Below the pieces are notes generated by a model. That model had not been told where the DNA came from. It saw only the letters and a list, made by a program, of their open reading frames with translations, and made no database searches. The translations under genes were made by a program, and so were the position numbers. Shown here piece by piece: positions 9,037 through 19,026 of a stretch of 64,000 bases of DNA (position 1 is the stretch's first letter; the number at the start of each line of letters is the position of its first letter). Origin of the DNA: Candidatus Ryanbacteria bacterium RIFCSPHIGHO2_02_FULL_45_17b (GTDB lineage: Bacteria > Patescibacteriota > Minisyncoccia > Ryanbacterales > 2-02-FULL-48-12); assembly GCA_001819815.1 (NCBI GenBank), contig MHNO01000009.1, positions 460 through 64,459 on the forward strand. The letters are read 5' to 3'.

Positions 9037-10434
9037 ATGGAACAAAATCGTACCTATACCAAAGATATACTAAACAAGGAAGGCTCTGAAGTTACTCTCA
9101 TGGGGTGGGTTGATGTTCGGCGTGATCATGGGAAACTTCTTTTTATTGATCTGCGAGACCGCACGGGCACCGCGCAAGTGCTGTTTATGTCAAAAGATGC
9201 CGAACTCTATGCCAAAGCAAACACCCTGCGCCCCGAGTGGGTAATTCAAGTTACGGGCATAATCGGCAAACGTCCCGACGGCATGAAAAACACCGAGACC
9301 ATAACGGGAGATTGGGAACTCCAGGCAACGGAACTTATAATTTTAAGTGAAGCAAAAACACCACCTATCCCCCTAGACTCTGATGGCCGTGATATTGAAG
9401 AAGAGATGCGCCTCAAATATCGTTATCTTGATCTGCGCCGGCAACGCATGACACGAAACATTCGCCTTCGACATAAAGCAACCACACTGGTGCGAGAATT
9501 TTTGAATAATCAGGATTTTATTGAAATAGAAACACCCCTGCTCACTAAAACCTCGCCAGAAGGCGCGCGGGATTTTTTAGTTCCTTCACGCAAATACCCG
9601 GGTAATTTTTTTGCGCTTCCGCAGTCGCCCCAACAATATAAGCAACTGTTGATGATCGCAGGTTTTGAGCGCTACTACCAAATTGCGCGCGCGCTCCGTG
9701 ATGAAGATCCACGCGGAGACAGACAATACGAACACACACAAATAGACATAGAGATGTCTTTTGTAAACGAACAGGACGTGCGCGCAATTGCAGAAGAAAT
9801 GATGATACATGTGGTCGAAGGATGTGGAAAAAAAGTACTCCAAAAACCATTTCCTGTTTTTACCCATGAAGAAGCCATGAAAAAATTTGGCGCCGACAAA
9901 TTTGATCTGCGTACCGAAAAAGATCCCGATACGCTCGCGTTTGCCTGGGTGGTAGATTTTCCGCTATTTGATAAAGACGAAGAAACGGGACACATTACAT
10001 TTGCCCATAATCCGTTTTCCGCTCCCAAACCAGAACATGTAGAAAAACTGTTTGCCAGAGAAGATCTGGAGCACCTGTGCGCACAGCAGTATGATTTGGT
10101 CTGCAATGGCTATGAACTTGCCTCCGGGGGTGTGCGTATTTCTGACCCAATGATACAGCGAAAAGTATTCGAGATCATGGGGCTTACCCCCGAAGAAACA
10201 GAAGAGCGTTTTGGACACCTTATCGATGCATACAGCTATGGAGCACCGCCGCATGCCGGCATCGCACCTGGTCTGGATAGGCTTGTCATGATCCTCGCAA
10301 AAGAAACGGGCATCGCGGAAGTCATTGCATTTCCGAAAACAGGACAAGCCCGTGATCCCATGATGAACACACCTAGCCCTGCGTCAAAAAAACAACTGGA
10401 TGAGCTTGGCATAGAAATTAAAAAAACACCTTAA
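9037..10434 (+). CDS. aspS: aspartate--tRNA ligase (short form, no GAD insert)
   Basis: RRDHG..FIDLRD, RLKYRYLDLRR, ALPQSPQQYKQLLM, YGAPPHAG, IAFPK. Confidence 0.95.
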   Translation: MEQNRTYTKDILNKEGSEVTLMGWVDVRRDHGKLLFIDLRDRTGTAQVLFMSKDAELYAKANTLRPEWVIQVTGIIGKRPDGMKNTETITGDWELQATELIILSEAKTPPIPLDSDGRDIEEEMRLKYRYLDLRRQRMTRNIRLRHKATTLVREFLNNQDFIEIETPLLTKTSPEGARDFLVPSRKYPGNFFALPQSPQQYKQLLMIAGFERYYQIARALRDEDPRGDRQYEHTQIDIEMSFVNEQDVRAIAEEMMIHVVEGCGKKVLQKPFPVFTHEEAMKKFGADKFDLRTEKDPDTLAFAWVVDFPLFDKDEETGHITFAHNPFSAPKPEHVEKLFAREDLEHLCAQQYDLVCNGYELASGGVRISDPMIQRKVFEIMGLTPEETEERFGHLIDAYSYGAPPHAGIAPGLDRLVMILAKETGIAEVIAFPKTGQARDPMMNTPSPASKKQLDELGIEIKKTP

Positions 10435-10438
10435 TCTT

Positions 10439-11158
10439 GTGTACGTTGTCCAAACAGATACATTTGAAGGACCTCTCGAACTCCTTCTTGACCTCATTGA
10501 AAAACAAAAACGTTCCATAAACGAAGTGTCTCTTGCCGCCATCACGGATGCATACGTAACAGAAGTAAAATCGCGAGCTTCCTTCGCACCTGATGAAATC
10601 GCTAATTTTTTGGTTGTTGCCTCGACGCTCATGCTTATTAAATCTCGATCGCTTCTGCCAAACCTCCCCGTCACTGATGAAGAAGAGTCGCACATACAGG
10701 AACTGGAAAATCGCCTTGCTCATTTGCACCGCGTGCGCGAACTTTCAGGGCATATATCAGAACGTGCGACCGGGGGAAACCGCATGTTTGAACGTACTGC
10801 TTGCTATGATCTTCCCGCGCTCTTTTACCCGCCCAAAGAAGTTACGCCGGTACTCCTCCATGAACGCATGCGGGCGCTTATGCGCGCATTGCCTGTGTTT
10901 TCTTCTGTGCGATTACCAGAAAAAACCCTACAACACATTATATCGCTAGAGGAAAAAATAAAAGAACTCATGACGCGCGTGGAGCAATCATTTACACACT
11001 CATTTCGGACATTCATGGGTTCGGTAACAGAAAAATCAGAAATTATTGTAAGCTTTTTGGCTCTTCTTGAGTTAGTGAAGCAAGGGCATATCGCTGTTGA
11101 TCAAGGTAACGCATTTGGGGATATCACCATCCAGCACAAACCTCAAACAACCACATGA
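10439..11158 (+). CDS. scpA: segregation/condensation protein A
   Basis: FEGPLELLLDLI, LIKSRSLLP, FLALLELVK. Confidence 0.92.
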   Translation: MYVVQTDTFEGPLELLLDLIEKQKRSINEVSLAAITDAYVTEVKSRASFAPDEIANFLVVASTLMLIKSRSLLPNLPVTDEEESHIQELENRLAHLHRVRELSGHISERATGGNRMFERTACYDLPALFYPPKEVTPVLLHERMRALMRALPVFSSVRLPEKTLQHIISLEEKIKELMTRVEQSFTHSFRTFMGSVTEKSEIIVSFLALLELVKQGHIAVDQGNAFGDITIQHKPQTTT

Positions 11159-11712
11159 TATCACCCAAAGAACAACTCCCATCCATTATAGAAGCGCTTC
11201 TTTTTGTTGCGGGAGAACCCTTGTCGATCTCTATGCTTGCAAAACATGCCGGATGCTCCGCGGGGGAAGTGAAGGAAGCAATCGTTTCATTAGAAAAAAT
11301 ATTCCAGACGCGCGGCATCAGAATTTTACAAAAAGATGAGCTTGTCTCACTCGTAACAGCAGCGCATCTTGCCTCATATGCAGAACAACTCATCAAAGAA
11401 GAATTGCTGGGCGATCTTTCAAAAGCCGGTCTGGAAACTCTTACCATTATTGCATACCACCATCCCATAACCCGCGCCGATGTTGATTATATTCGCGGTG
11501 TAAACTCTTCTTTTACGCTCCGTAGCCTTACCCAGCGAGGACTTGTTGAACGTCTATCCGCTGAAAGCGGAAGAGGATACCGCTACCAGCCCACAATAGA
11601 ATTTATGAAATTCTTGGGCATCACTTCATTTACGGAACTGCCGGAATTTGAAACTGTGCAAAAAGAACTTACGCGGGGGATTGAACAAGCGCCCCAAAAA
11701 GAGTCATACTGA
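11155..11712 (+). CDS. scpB: segregation/condensation protein B
   Basis: IEALLFVAGEP, LETLTIIAYHHPITRA…IRGVNS. Confidence 0.93.
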   Translation: MISPKEQLPSIIEALLFVAGEPLSISMLAKHAGCSAGEVKEAIVSLEKIFQTRGIRILQKDELVSLVTAAHLASYAEQLIKEELLGDLSKAGLETLTIIAYHHPITRADVDYIRGVNSSFTLRSLTQRGLVERLSAESGRGYRYQPTIEFMKFLGITSFTELPEFETVQKELTRGIEQAPQKESY

Positions 11713-11716
11713 ATCC

Positions 11717-12667
11717 ATGGGATCATCATTCCGATTTATTGTAGTTTGTTGCGCACTCACGGGAGGAGTACTGTTTTTAGCTCTGCCCATTAAACCATCG
11801 CGCACCAATTTGAACGAAGCTACATCATATGCCACCTTATTAAACGCCACCGATACATCCACGCGTGATGCTTCCAAAACAGGCTCATCTTCGCCGCCGC
11901 ATATTACGGCGAAGGCGGCAGTTATATATGATCCGCTGCAGAATGAATTTCTTTTCCAAAAAAACGCCGATGATCCTTCCGGTATCGCAAGTATTACAAA
12001 AATAATGACAGCAATCGTAGCGCTTGAACGCGTAGGAGAAAATGACATTATAGAAGTTCATACATCAGCAATCGAAACAGAAGGCGATGAGGGAGCACTC
12101 TTGGACGGTGAACATTTTACTCTCCATAACCTTATTATTCTTATGCTCACTGCATCAAGCAACGATGCGGCAGTTGCCATTGCCGAACACGTCGGATTTC
12201 TCCAGGGGGCTTCTTCCTTTGAAGAAAGTCAGAGAATTTTTGTGCGCCTTATGAATGAAACCGCAAAAAATAGGAACCTCAAAGATACACAGTTCCAAAA
12301 CCCTACCGGCCTTGATATTGATGAGACAGCAGGCATTGTAAGCAACGTGTCAACGGCGCGAGAAACGGCACAATTGATAGGATACGCGCTCCGGTATCCA
12401 CTCCTCTATACCATGAGTCCGACTCTCTCAACGCTCTTATCTGAAGAAGGCAATGTGCACATTCTTTCTCCTACTCATGTATTACTTATGAACGAGTCCG
12501 GGGTTATCAGCGGGAAGACAGGATTTACTGATATAGCAGGCGGCACGCTCGCGACAGTCGCAGAAATTCCTGTTGGCAAACTCTCCATTGTTGTTATCCT
12601 GGGTTCCACGCGCAATGACCGCTTTCAAGATACCTTGCATTTACTTGATTGGCTCCGCACCCAATGA
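11717..12667 (+). CDS. D-alanyl-D-alanine carboxypeptidase (peptidase S11)
   Basis: ASITKIMT (SxxK), SSNDAA (SxN), GKTGFT (KTG); N-terminal TM; start moved to 11717. Confidence 0.9.
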   Translation: MGSSFRFIVVCCALTGGVLFLALPIKPSRTNLNEATSYATLLNATDTSTRDASKTGSSSPPHITAKAAVIYDPLQNEFLFQKNADDPSGIASITKIMTAIVALERVGENDIIEVHTSAIETEGDEGALLDGEHFTLHNLIILMLTASSNDAAVAIAEHVGFLQGASSFEESQRIFVRLMNETAKNRNLKDTQFQNPTGLDIDETAGIVSNVSTARETAQLIGYALRYPLLYTMSPTLSTLLSEEGNVHILSPTHVLLMNESGVISGKTGFTDIAGGTLATVAEIPVGKLSIVVILGSTRNDRFQDTLHLLDWLRTQ

Positions 12668-13731
12668 ATACGCCAGACCTTACTGTTAACATCATAAAAG
12701 TGCTTGGATCAGCAGGAGCTGCTTTTTTTATCGCGCTTGCCCTTACGCCGCCTCTTGTGCGGCTCATGCAAAGCAAGAAACTTTGGAAAACACATAGCGG
12801 AAAAAAAGCGCTTGCGGGCGGGGAAGCAAAACTATTTAACGCATTGCATAATGAAACAAACACGCCGCGCGTGGGGGGCATTCTTATTTGGGTAAGCGTA
12901 CTTACATTATTATTTCTTTTCTGGAGTTTTGATACGCTCACAGATCACTCTGTTCTGGAAAAGCTTAATTTTTTCTCAAGATCTCAAACGTGGCTTCTTG
13001 CATTTACGCTTGCTGCCGCGTCGCTCTTGGGCCTTGCAGATGACATGCTTCAAATTTGGACATCGCGCCACCGCAAACTTTCCGGAGGCATCGACCTTGC
13101 CACACGGCTTGCGGCTGTTTCTTTGATCGCGCTTGTCGGCGCGTTTTGGTTTTATTTTAAGCTTGATTGGCGCACCATATATGTCCCCGGCATGGGGAAT
13201 CTCTTTATCGGCGCATGGTATATCCCATTTTTTGTACTTACCATGATAGCCACGTTCAGCGGCAGTGTGATAGATGGCATTGATGGCCTCGCGGGAGGCG
13301 TGCTTGCCTCCGCGTTCACTGCGTATGCCGGCATCGCGTTTTTTCAAAATCAAATAGATGTAGCCACATTTGCGGCGGCCATTGTGGGCGCGCTCCTTGC
13401 GTTTTTGTGGTTCAACATACCGCCAGCCAAGTTCTGGATGGGCGAAACCGGTATCATCGGACTTACGACGACGTTGACCGTAATAGCATTTTTTACCGAT
13501 TCCGTGCTCATGCTCCCGATTATTGCGTTCCCGCTTGTGCTTGCCAGTGCTTCGGATATTGTACAAATCACCGCGCGAAAATTATTTGGGAAAAAAGTTT
13601 TTCGCGTAGCGCCCATCCAACACCATTTTGAAGCGCTCGGCTGGCCGTCGCATCAAGTTACTATGCGTTTCTGGGTAGTAAGCATTGCCTGTGCTATCAT
13701 AGGAGTAGCGATTGCATTAGTGGGACGGTAG
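12664..13731 (+). CDS. mraY: phospho-N-acetylmuramoyl-pentapeptide transferase
   Basis: TPRVGG, GLADD, DGIDGL, FNIPPAKFWMGE, APIQHHFEALGW. Confidence 0.92.
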   Translation: MNTPDLTVNIIKVLGSAGAAFFIALALTPPLVRLMQSKKLWKTHSGKKALAGGEAKLFNALHNETNTPRVGGILIWVSVLTLLFLFWSFDTLTDHSVLEKLNFFSRSQTWLLAFTLAAASLLGLADDMLQIWTSRHRKLSGGIDLATRLAAVSLIALVGAFWFYFKLDWRTIYVPGMGNLFIGAWYIPFFVLTMIATFSGSVIDGIDGLAGGVLASAFTAYAGIAFFQNQIDVATFAAAIVGALLAFLWFNIPPAKFWMGETGIIGLTTTLTVIAFFTDSVLMLPIIAFPLVLASASDIVQITARKLFGKKVFRVAPIQHHFEALGWPSHQVTMRFWVVSIACAIIGVAIALVGR

Positions 13732-13773
13732 TACCACGAAATACATAACATAAAACTATGTGTTCCATGTTAT

Positions 13774-15366
13774 ATGAAATATGATATTCTCATACAAAAT
13801 GGCACCATTGTGGATGGCAGTGGAAAAACTCCGCGCGCGGGATCAGTTGCCGTAAAAGATGGGAAAATTGCAGATATCGGCGCGCGCGTAAAAGGGGACG
13901 CAACAACTGTTATAGACGCCACGGGTCACATGGTCTCGCCGGGTTTTATAGACATTACCAACCATTCCGACACGCATTGGACGCTCTTTGACTACCCCTC
14001 GCAAGCAAGCATGTTGCGGCAAGGCATCACCTCCGTCATAGGCGGATCCTGCGGCACATCGCTTGCTCCGTTAGTCCACGGATCCGTGAACGCGAAATCA
14101 ATTCAGAAATGGGTTGATGTATCGCAAATCAATGTCAACTGGCTTCGCATGAAAGAGTTTTTTGAAGAACTCCAACGCCATAATGTAGGAGTTAATTTTG
14201 GAACTCTGGTAGGGCATGGCACTTTGCGGCGAAGTATTATGGAAGATGCCGTACGTCCTGCAAACATGGACGAAATTCAGCGAATGGGATATCTCCTTGA
14301 TCAGGCCCTTGAAGAACATGCATTTGGTCTTTCGTTAGGCCTTACATTTAGTCATGGGCGGCCAGCCACGGATGAAGAGCTGATAGAACTTGCCAAAATT
14401 GTCGCGGCCCGTGATCGCCTTCTTACCGTGCATCTGCGCGATGAAGGGAAAGATATTCTGCCTGCGATAACCGAGACATTACGCATAGCGCGCGCGTCTG
14501 GAGCGCGCACACATATTGTTCATTTCAAATTGCTTGGAAGAGACACATGGAATCAGTCTTCTCGCGCGCTTCATTTATTGCGCAGTGGCAGGGAAGAAGG
14601 TCTGGACATTACAATAAACACGTTTCCCTACCAGTGCACCGGATCACTTCTGTATACTCTTCTCCCTCCGACAAACAGGGATGGCGGGAAAAATGTAATC
14701 TTGCACCAAATAAAAAATCCACAGAGCCGGCGTCTTTTAATCGCAAATCTTCGTAATCTTACATTACATTACGATGCCATATTCATTGCTTCTGCCAAAC
14801 ATACGCCACAAATTACGGGAAAGTCTCTCAAGGAACTTGCCGAAGACTGGAACATAACTCCTGAAGACGCGTTTCTTGATGTCCTTATGGTGAACGATCT
14901 TGCCGTAACAATATATAGCAAAACAATCAATGAAAAAAATATGGAAGCAATCTATCGCGAGCCCTATGCATACTTTGCGACGGATGGCATAGGATATGAA
15001 ATACCAAACACCAACGATATCATGGCGCATAATGTGACACATCCGCGATCATTTGGCGCTACTGCGCAATTTTTAGGGCACCTTGTGCGCGACACATCTT
15101 TGCTTGCGTGGGAAGACGCGATATCAAAAATGACTCTTGCTCCGGCAATGCTTCTGCGCTTACAAGGCGACAGGGGATTATTAAAAAAAGGCGCGCCCGC
15201 CGATATAACGATATTTGACCCCGCTCATATACAAGACCTGGCCACATACCAAAACCCATTTCAATATCCCGTCGGCATACCATGGGTTATTGTAGGGGGT
15301 GTGGTTGCCGTACAAAACGGAGAACTCACCGAAAAAAGAGTTGGCGCCATTTTACTAGCCGGATAA
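13774..15366 (+). CDS. N-acyl-D-amino-acid deacylase family amidohydrolase
   Basis: PGFIDITNHSD, GGSCG, GHGTLR, HLRDE, HPRSFG, ADITIFDP. Confidence 0.85.
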   Translation: MKYDILIQNGTIVDGSGKTPRAGSVAVKDGKIADIGARVKGDATTVIDATGHMVSPGFIDITNHSDTHWTLFDYPSQASMLRQGITSVIGGSCGTSLAPLVHGSVNAKSIQKWVDVSQINVNWLRMKEFFEELQRHNVGVNFGTLVGHGTLRRSIMEDAVRPANMDEIQRMGYLLDQALEEHAFGLSLGLTFSHGRPATDEELIELAKIVAARDRLLTVHLRDEGKDILPAITETLRIARASGARTHIVHFKLLGRDTWNQSSRALHLLRSGREEGLDITINTFPYQCTGSLLYTLLPPTNRDGGKNVILHQIKNPQSRRLLIANLRNLTLHYDAIFIASAKHTPQITGKSLKELAEDWNITPEDAFLDVLMVNDLAVTIYSKTINEKNMEAIYREPYAYFATDGIGYEIPNTNDIMAHNVTHPRSFGATAQFLGHLVRDTSLLAWEDAISKMTLAPAMLLRLQGDRGLLKKGAPADITIFDPAHIQDLATYQNPFQYPVGIPWVIVGGVVAVQNGELTEKRVGAILLAG

Positions 15367-15379
15367 TATACGTTGGCAT

Positions 15380-16483
15380 ATGGTTGCTTCTCGCGCCCAT
15401 TCACCTGATTACAAACTTTTTATTGTTACCATTATTCTGGTATTGGTGGGCGTTTTCATGATCGCATCCGCTTCTCCTGTGATAGGCGAGACCCGATTTG
15501 GAGAAGTATATTTTTTCCTAAAAAACCAGCTCGTGGGGGTGGGGGTGGGAGCTGTAACATTTCTTGCAGGATGGCGCATAAAATATACCTTTTGGAAAAA
15601 AACAGCGCCGCTCATACTTGTCGCGAGCCTATTTCTTATGGCGCTCGTGTTTATTCCGGGAGTCGGCCTTGAATTAAAAGGCGCCGCTCGCTGGATAGAG
15701 CTGGGTCCTATTACCGTACAACCCTCCGAAATAACAAAATTAGCTTTCATCATCTACATAGCGGCGTGGCTGCAAGCGAAACAAAAAGATGTTAGAAAAT
15801 TTTCAACAGGGTTTCTGCCTTTTCTTGTCATGTTGGGCACCGTTTCTCTCTTTTTCATTCTACAGCCAGATATAGGTACATTGGGAGTTCTTGCGATAAC
15901 AGCCACTCTTTTATTCTTTGCGGGCGGTGGCAAACTTGCCCAGATTGGTATATTATGTCTTATAGGCATAGTGGGATTATGGATGATTGTATCATTACAA
16001 CCTTACCGGCTTGACCGTATTACGGTATTTTTGAGACCAACCGAAGATATCCAAGGAATTGGATATCAATTAAACCAAAGTCTTATTGCTATCGGTTCAG
16101 GCGGCTTTTGGGGTAAAGGATTTGGTATGTCCCAACAAAAGTTTTATTACTTGCCGGAACCTACCGGAGATTCTATTTTCGCGGTTTTTGGCGAGGAATT
16201 TGGTTTTATGGGCAACATCATCCTTATTATGCTGTTTCTTATATTCAGCTGGCGCGGTATACGTATTGCGAACCGCGCACCTGATTCCTTCGGCAGTTAT
16301 CTCGCAATGGGAATAACCCTGCTTATAGTCATTCAAGCGTTTATCAATATGGCTGCCATCAGCGGCCTGGTACCTCTTACAGGTCTTCCGTTGTCGTTTA
16401 TCAGTTATGGATCATCCGCGCTTGTAATAAACCTTGCGGCTGTCGGTATTTTAATGAATATTTCTAAATACACGCGCATATGA
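15380..16483 (+). CDS. ftsW: SEDS peptidoglycan polymerase FtsW
   Basis: GAARWI, QPSE, QPDIGT, GYQ.NQSLIAIGSGG, YLPE..GD, ISYG; adjacent to murG. Confidence 0.92.
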   Translation: MVASRAHSPDYKLFIVTIILVLVGVFMIASASPVIGETRFGEVYFFLKNQLVGVGVGAVTFLAGWRIKYTFWKKTAPLILVASLFLMALVFIPGVGLELKGAARWIELGPITVQPSEITKLAFIIYIAAWLQAKQKDVRKFSTGFLPFLVMLGTVSLFFILQPDIGTLGVLAITATLLFFAGGGKLAQIGILCLIGIVGLWMIVSLQPYRLDRITVFLRPTEDIQGIGYQLNQSLIAIGSGGFWGKGFGMSQQKFYYLPEPTGDSIFAVFGEEFGFMGNIILIMLFLIFSWRGIRIANRAPDSFGSYLAMGITLLIVIQAFINMAAISGLVPLTGLPLSFISYGSSALVINLAAVGILMNISKYTRI

Positions 16484-17631
16484 AAATCGTTATGACAGGC
16501 GGAGGATCGGGAGGACATTTTACCCCTCTCCTTGCCGTTGCCAGAGAAATTCGCCGTATCGCGGATGAGGAAAAAATTGTCTCTCTTACTATTCTATATA
16601 TTGCCGACCAGCCATTTGATCCCGAAGCGCTTCGTATGGACGATATTCAATTTATTAAAATATCTTCGGGAAAAATGCGCAGATATGCATCATTATGGAA
16701 TATCGTCGACCTGTTTAAAACATGTTTTGCGCTTTTGAAAGCATTTTGGATACTGTATCGCGAATTTCCTGATGTTGTATTTAGTAAGGGGGGGTTTGTG
16801 AGCTTTCCCATACTTGCCGCCGCGCGTTTCTACGGCATTCCGGTAATCATACATGAATCTGACAGCGTCCCGGGACGCGTAAATGCATGGGCAGCAAAAT
16901 TTGCAGATCGCATCGCCATATCGTTTCCTGAAACATTGCAATATTTTCCCAAAGAAAAAACGGCATACCTGGGCAACCCCATACGCAGCAGAATTCTTGG
17001 CGGTAATGAAAATGAAGGCCTTGCTTTGTTCGCGTTGGAATCCCATGTACCTGTCATACTTGTTCTTGGCGGCTCGCAGGGCGCGCAATCAATCAATACG
17101 GTATTTCTTCAAATCGTAGGAGAACTTATAGAAACATGCCAAGTTATACATCAGACGGGGAAGAATAACTATACTGATGTTCTCAAACAAGCGTCCGTGT
17201 TATTGGAAAAATCCCCTCATCGCAGCAGATATCGTTTATTCCCGTTCCTTACTGAAGACCAACTCCGAAACGCTTCTCATCTCGCGCGCGTGATTGTTTC
17301 TCGCGCGGGAGCCGGTGCCATTTTTGAAATTGCCGCATGGGGCATTCCCAGTATTTTGATCCCGCTTCCCGAAGCCGCAGCCGACCACCAGCGCCACAAT
17401 GCCTACATGTACGCGCGAAATGGCGCTTGTAGCGTGATTGAAGAATCCAATCTTACGCCGACAGTTTTATTGAATGAAACACGAAAGATTCTCTCCGATG
17501 ATGAGCGAAGAAACCGCATGTCAGCCGCGGCGCAAAAATTTGCGCGCATTGATGCAGCGGAAAAAATAGCCCGGGAAGTCATACTCCTGGGTCTTCATAA
17601 GCAATCATACTATGGAAACAAAAGACCCTAA
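16480..17631 (+). CDS. murG: MurG glycosyltransferase
   Basis: TGGGSGGH, KGGFVS, HESD, GNPIR, GGSQGA, SRAGA. Confidence 0.95.
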   Translation: MKIVMTGGGSGGHFTPLLAVAREIRRIADEEKIVSLTILYIADQPFDPEALRMDDIQFIKISSGKMRRYASLWNIVDLFKTCFALLKAFWILYREFPDVVFSKGGFVSFPILAAARFYGIPVIIHESDSVPGRVNAWAAKFADRIAISFPETLQYFPKEKTAYLGNPIRSRILGGNENEGLALFALESHVPVILVLGGSQGAQSINTVFLQIVGELIETCQVIHQTGKNNYTDVLKQASVLLEKSPHRSRYRLFPFLTEDQLRNASHLARVIVSRAGAGAIFEIAAWGIPSILIPLPEAAADHQRHNAYMYARNGACSVIEESNLTPTVLLNETRKILSDDERRNRMSAAAQKFARIDAAEKIAREVILLGLHKQSYYGNKRP

Positions 17632-19021
17632 AATCCGAACACGTTTCCCCCCGAGCCCTACCGGCTGGCTCCACGTGGGAAATGTGCGTACCGCGCTTTT
17701 TAATTATCTTTTTAGCCGCCATCACAACGGCGCGCTTGTATTGCGGATAGAAGATACCGACAAGGAACGGTCCCGTAAAGAATTCCAAGACGATATTACG
17801 GAGCAACTCTCCTGGTTAGGTCTTAGCTGGGATGAATGTTATCGGCAATCGGAACGTTTGGAAATCCATAAGACATATCTCCGGCAGCTTTTGGAATCGG
17901 GGAAAGCGTTTTATTGCGCGCACAGCAAAGAAGAGCTCGAAACGGAACACAAACGCCAAATGGAAGAACGGGCAATCCCGCGACACATATGCGGTCAACG
18001 AGACGAGGGGAGGGAATCAGGTGTTATTCGTTTACGAAACGATACGGACGTCACGCTTTCATTTGCTGATCGTATCCGCGGAGATATCACGTTTGATCCA
18101 CAGCTCCTGGGAGATATTTCCATAGCGCGGGAACTGGAATCACCTTTGTATAATTTCGTGGTCGTGGTTGATGATGCCGAAATGAATATAACGCATGTGA
18201 TCCGAGGAGAAGACCACATTCCAAACACTCCTAAGCAACTTCTCATCCAACAAGCGTTGGGTTTTTCTCGGCCTATCTACGCGCATCTTCCGCTTTTGTT
18301 GGGAGCTGATCGCTCAAAACTATCAAAACGGCATGGCGATACCGCTGTCCGCGATTATCGCGCAGCAGGATATATGCCTGAAGCGATAGTGAATTTCTTG
18401 GCGCTTCTTGGTTGGAACCCAGGCACAGACCAAGAACTATTCACTTTGGAAGATCTCGTAAGAGAATTTACATTGGAAAAAGTGCAAAAAGGAGGCGCGA
18501 TATTCAATGAGGAAAAACTTGCATGGATGAACCGCGCCTATCTGCGCAGTCTTTCAATCGAACAGCTTGCTTCAAATCTTACGCCATTCATAGAACAAGC
18601 AGGCAAGAAAGACTTGTCTACGGATTTTATAAAACGCATCGCGTATGTGGAAGCACCGCGCCTCTCGCGTCTAAAAGACGTAGAAACAAATCTTCCGTTC
18701 TATACGGAAACATCCGTATATGATTCCACACTCCTCCGATGGAAAGGAACGCAGGATTATACTGAAATTATCGGACACCTTAAAAACGTGAGACAATTAT
18801 TGTGCGACATTCCTGAAGCAGATTTTTATGACATGCATCATATTGAGGCCGTGATTATGCCCTATGCCACCGCGCATTCGAGAGGTAACGTGCTCTGGCC
18901 GCTTCGTGTTGCGCTCTGCGGAAGCGAAAAGTCGCCGGGGCCATTTGAGATCATATATGTTATTGGAAAAACAGAAGCATTGCAAAGAATAGACAAGGCG
19001 ATAAAACTTCTTGACACATAA
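17612..19021 (+). CDS. gltX: glutamate--tRNA ligase
   Basis: PSPTG.LHVGN, LRIEDTD, HVIRGEDH, KLSKR. Confidence 0.95.
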   Translation: METKDPKIRTRFPPSPTGWLHVGNVRTALFNYLFSRHHNGALVLRIEDTDKERSRKEFQDDITEQLSWLGLSWDECYRQSERLEIHKTYLRQLLESGKAFYCAHSKEELETEHKRQMEERAIPRHICGQRDEGRESGVIRLRNDTDVTLSFADRIRGDITFDPQLLGDISIARELESPLYNFVVVVDDAEMNITHVIRGEDHIPNTPKQLLIQQALGFSRPIYAHLPLLLGADRSKLSKRHGDTAVRDYRAAGYMPEAIVNFLALLGWNPGTDQELFTLEDLVREFTLEKVQKGGAIFNEEKLAWMNRAYLRSLSIEQLASNLTPFIEQAGKKDLSTDFIKRIAYVEAPRLSRLKDVETNLPFYTETSVYDSTLLRWKGTQDYTEIIGHLKNVRQLLCDIPEADFYDMHHIEAVIMPYATAHSRGNVLWPLRVALCGSEKSPGPFEIIYVIGKTEALQRIDKAIKLLDT

Positions 19022-19026
19022 CATAC

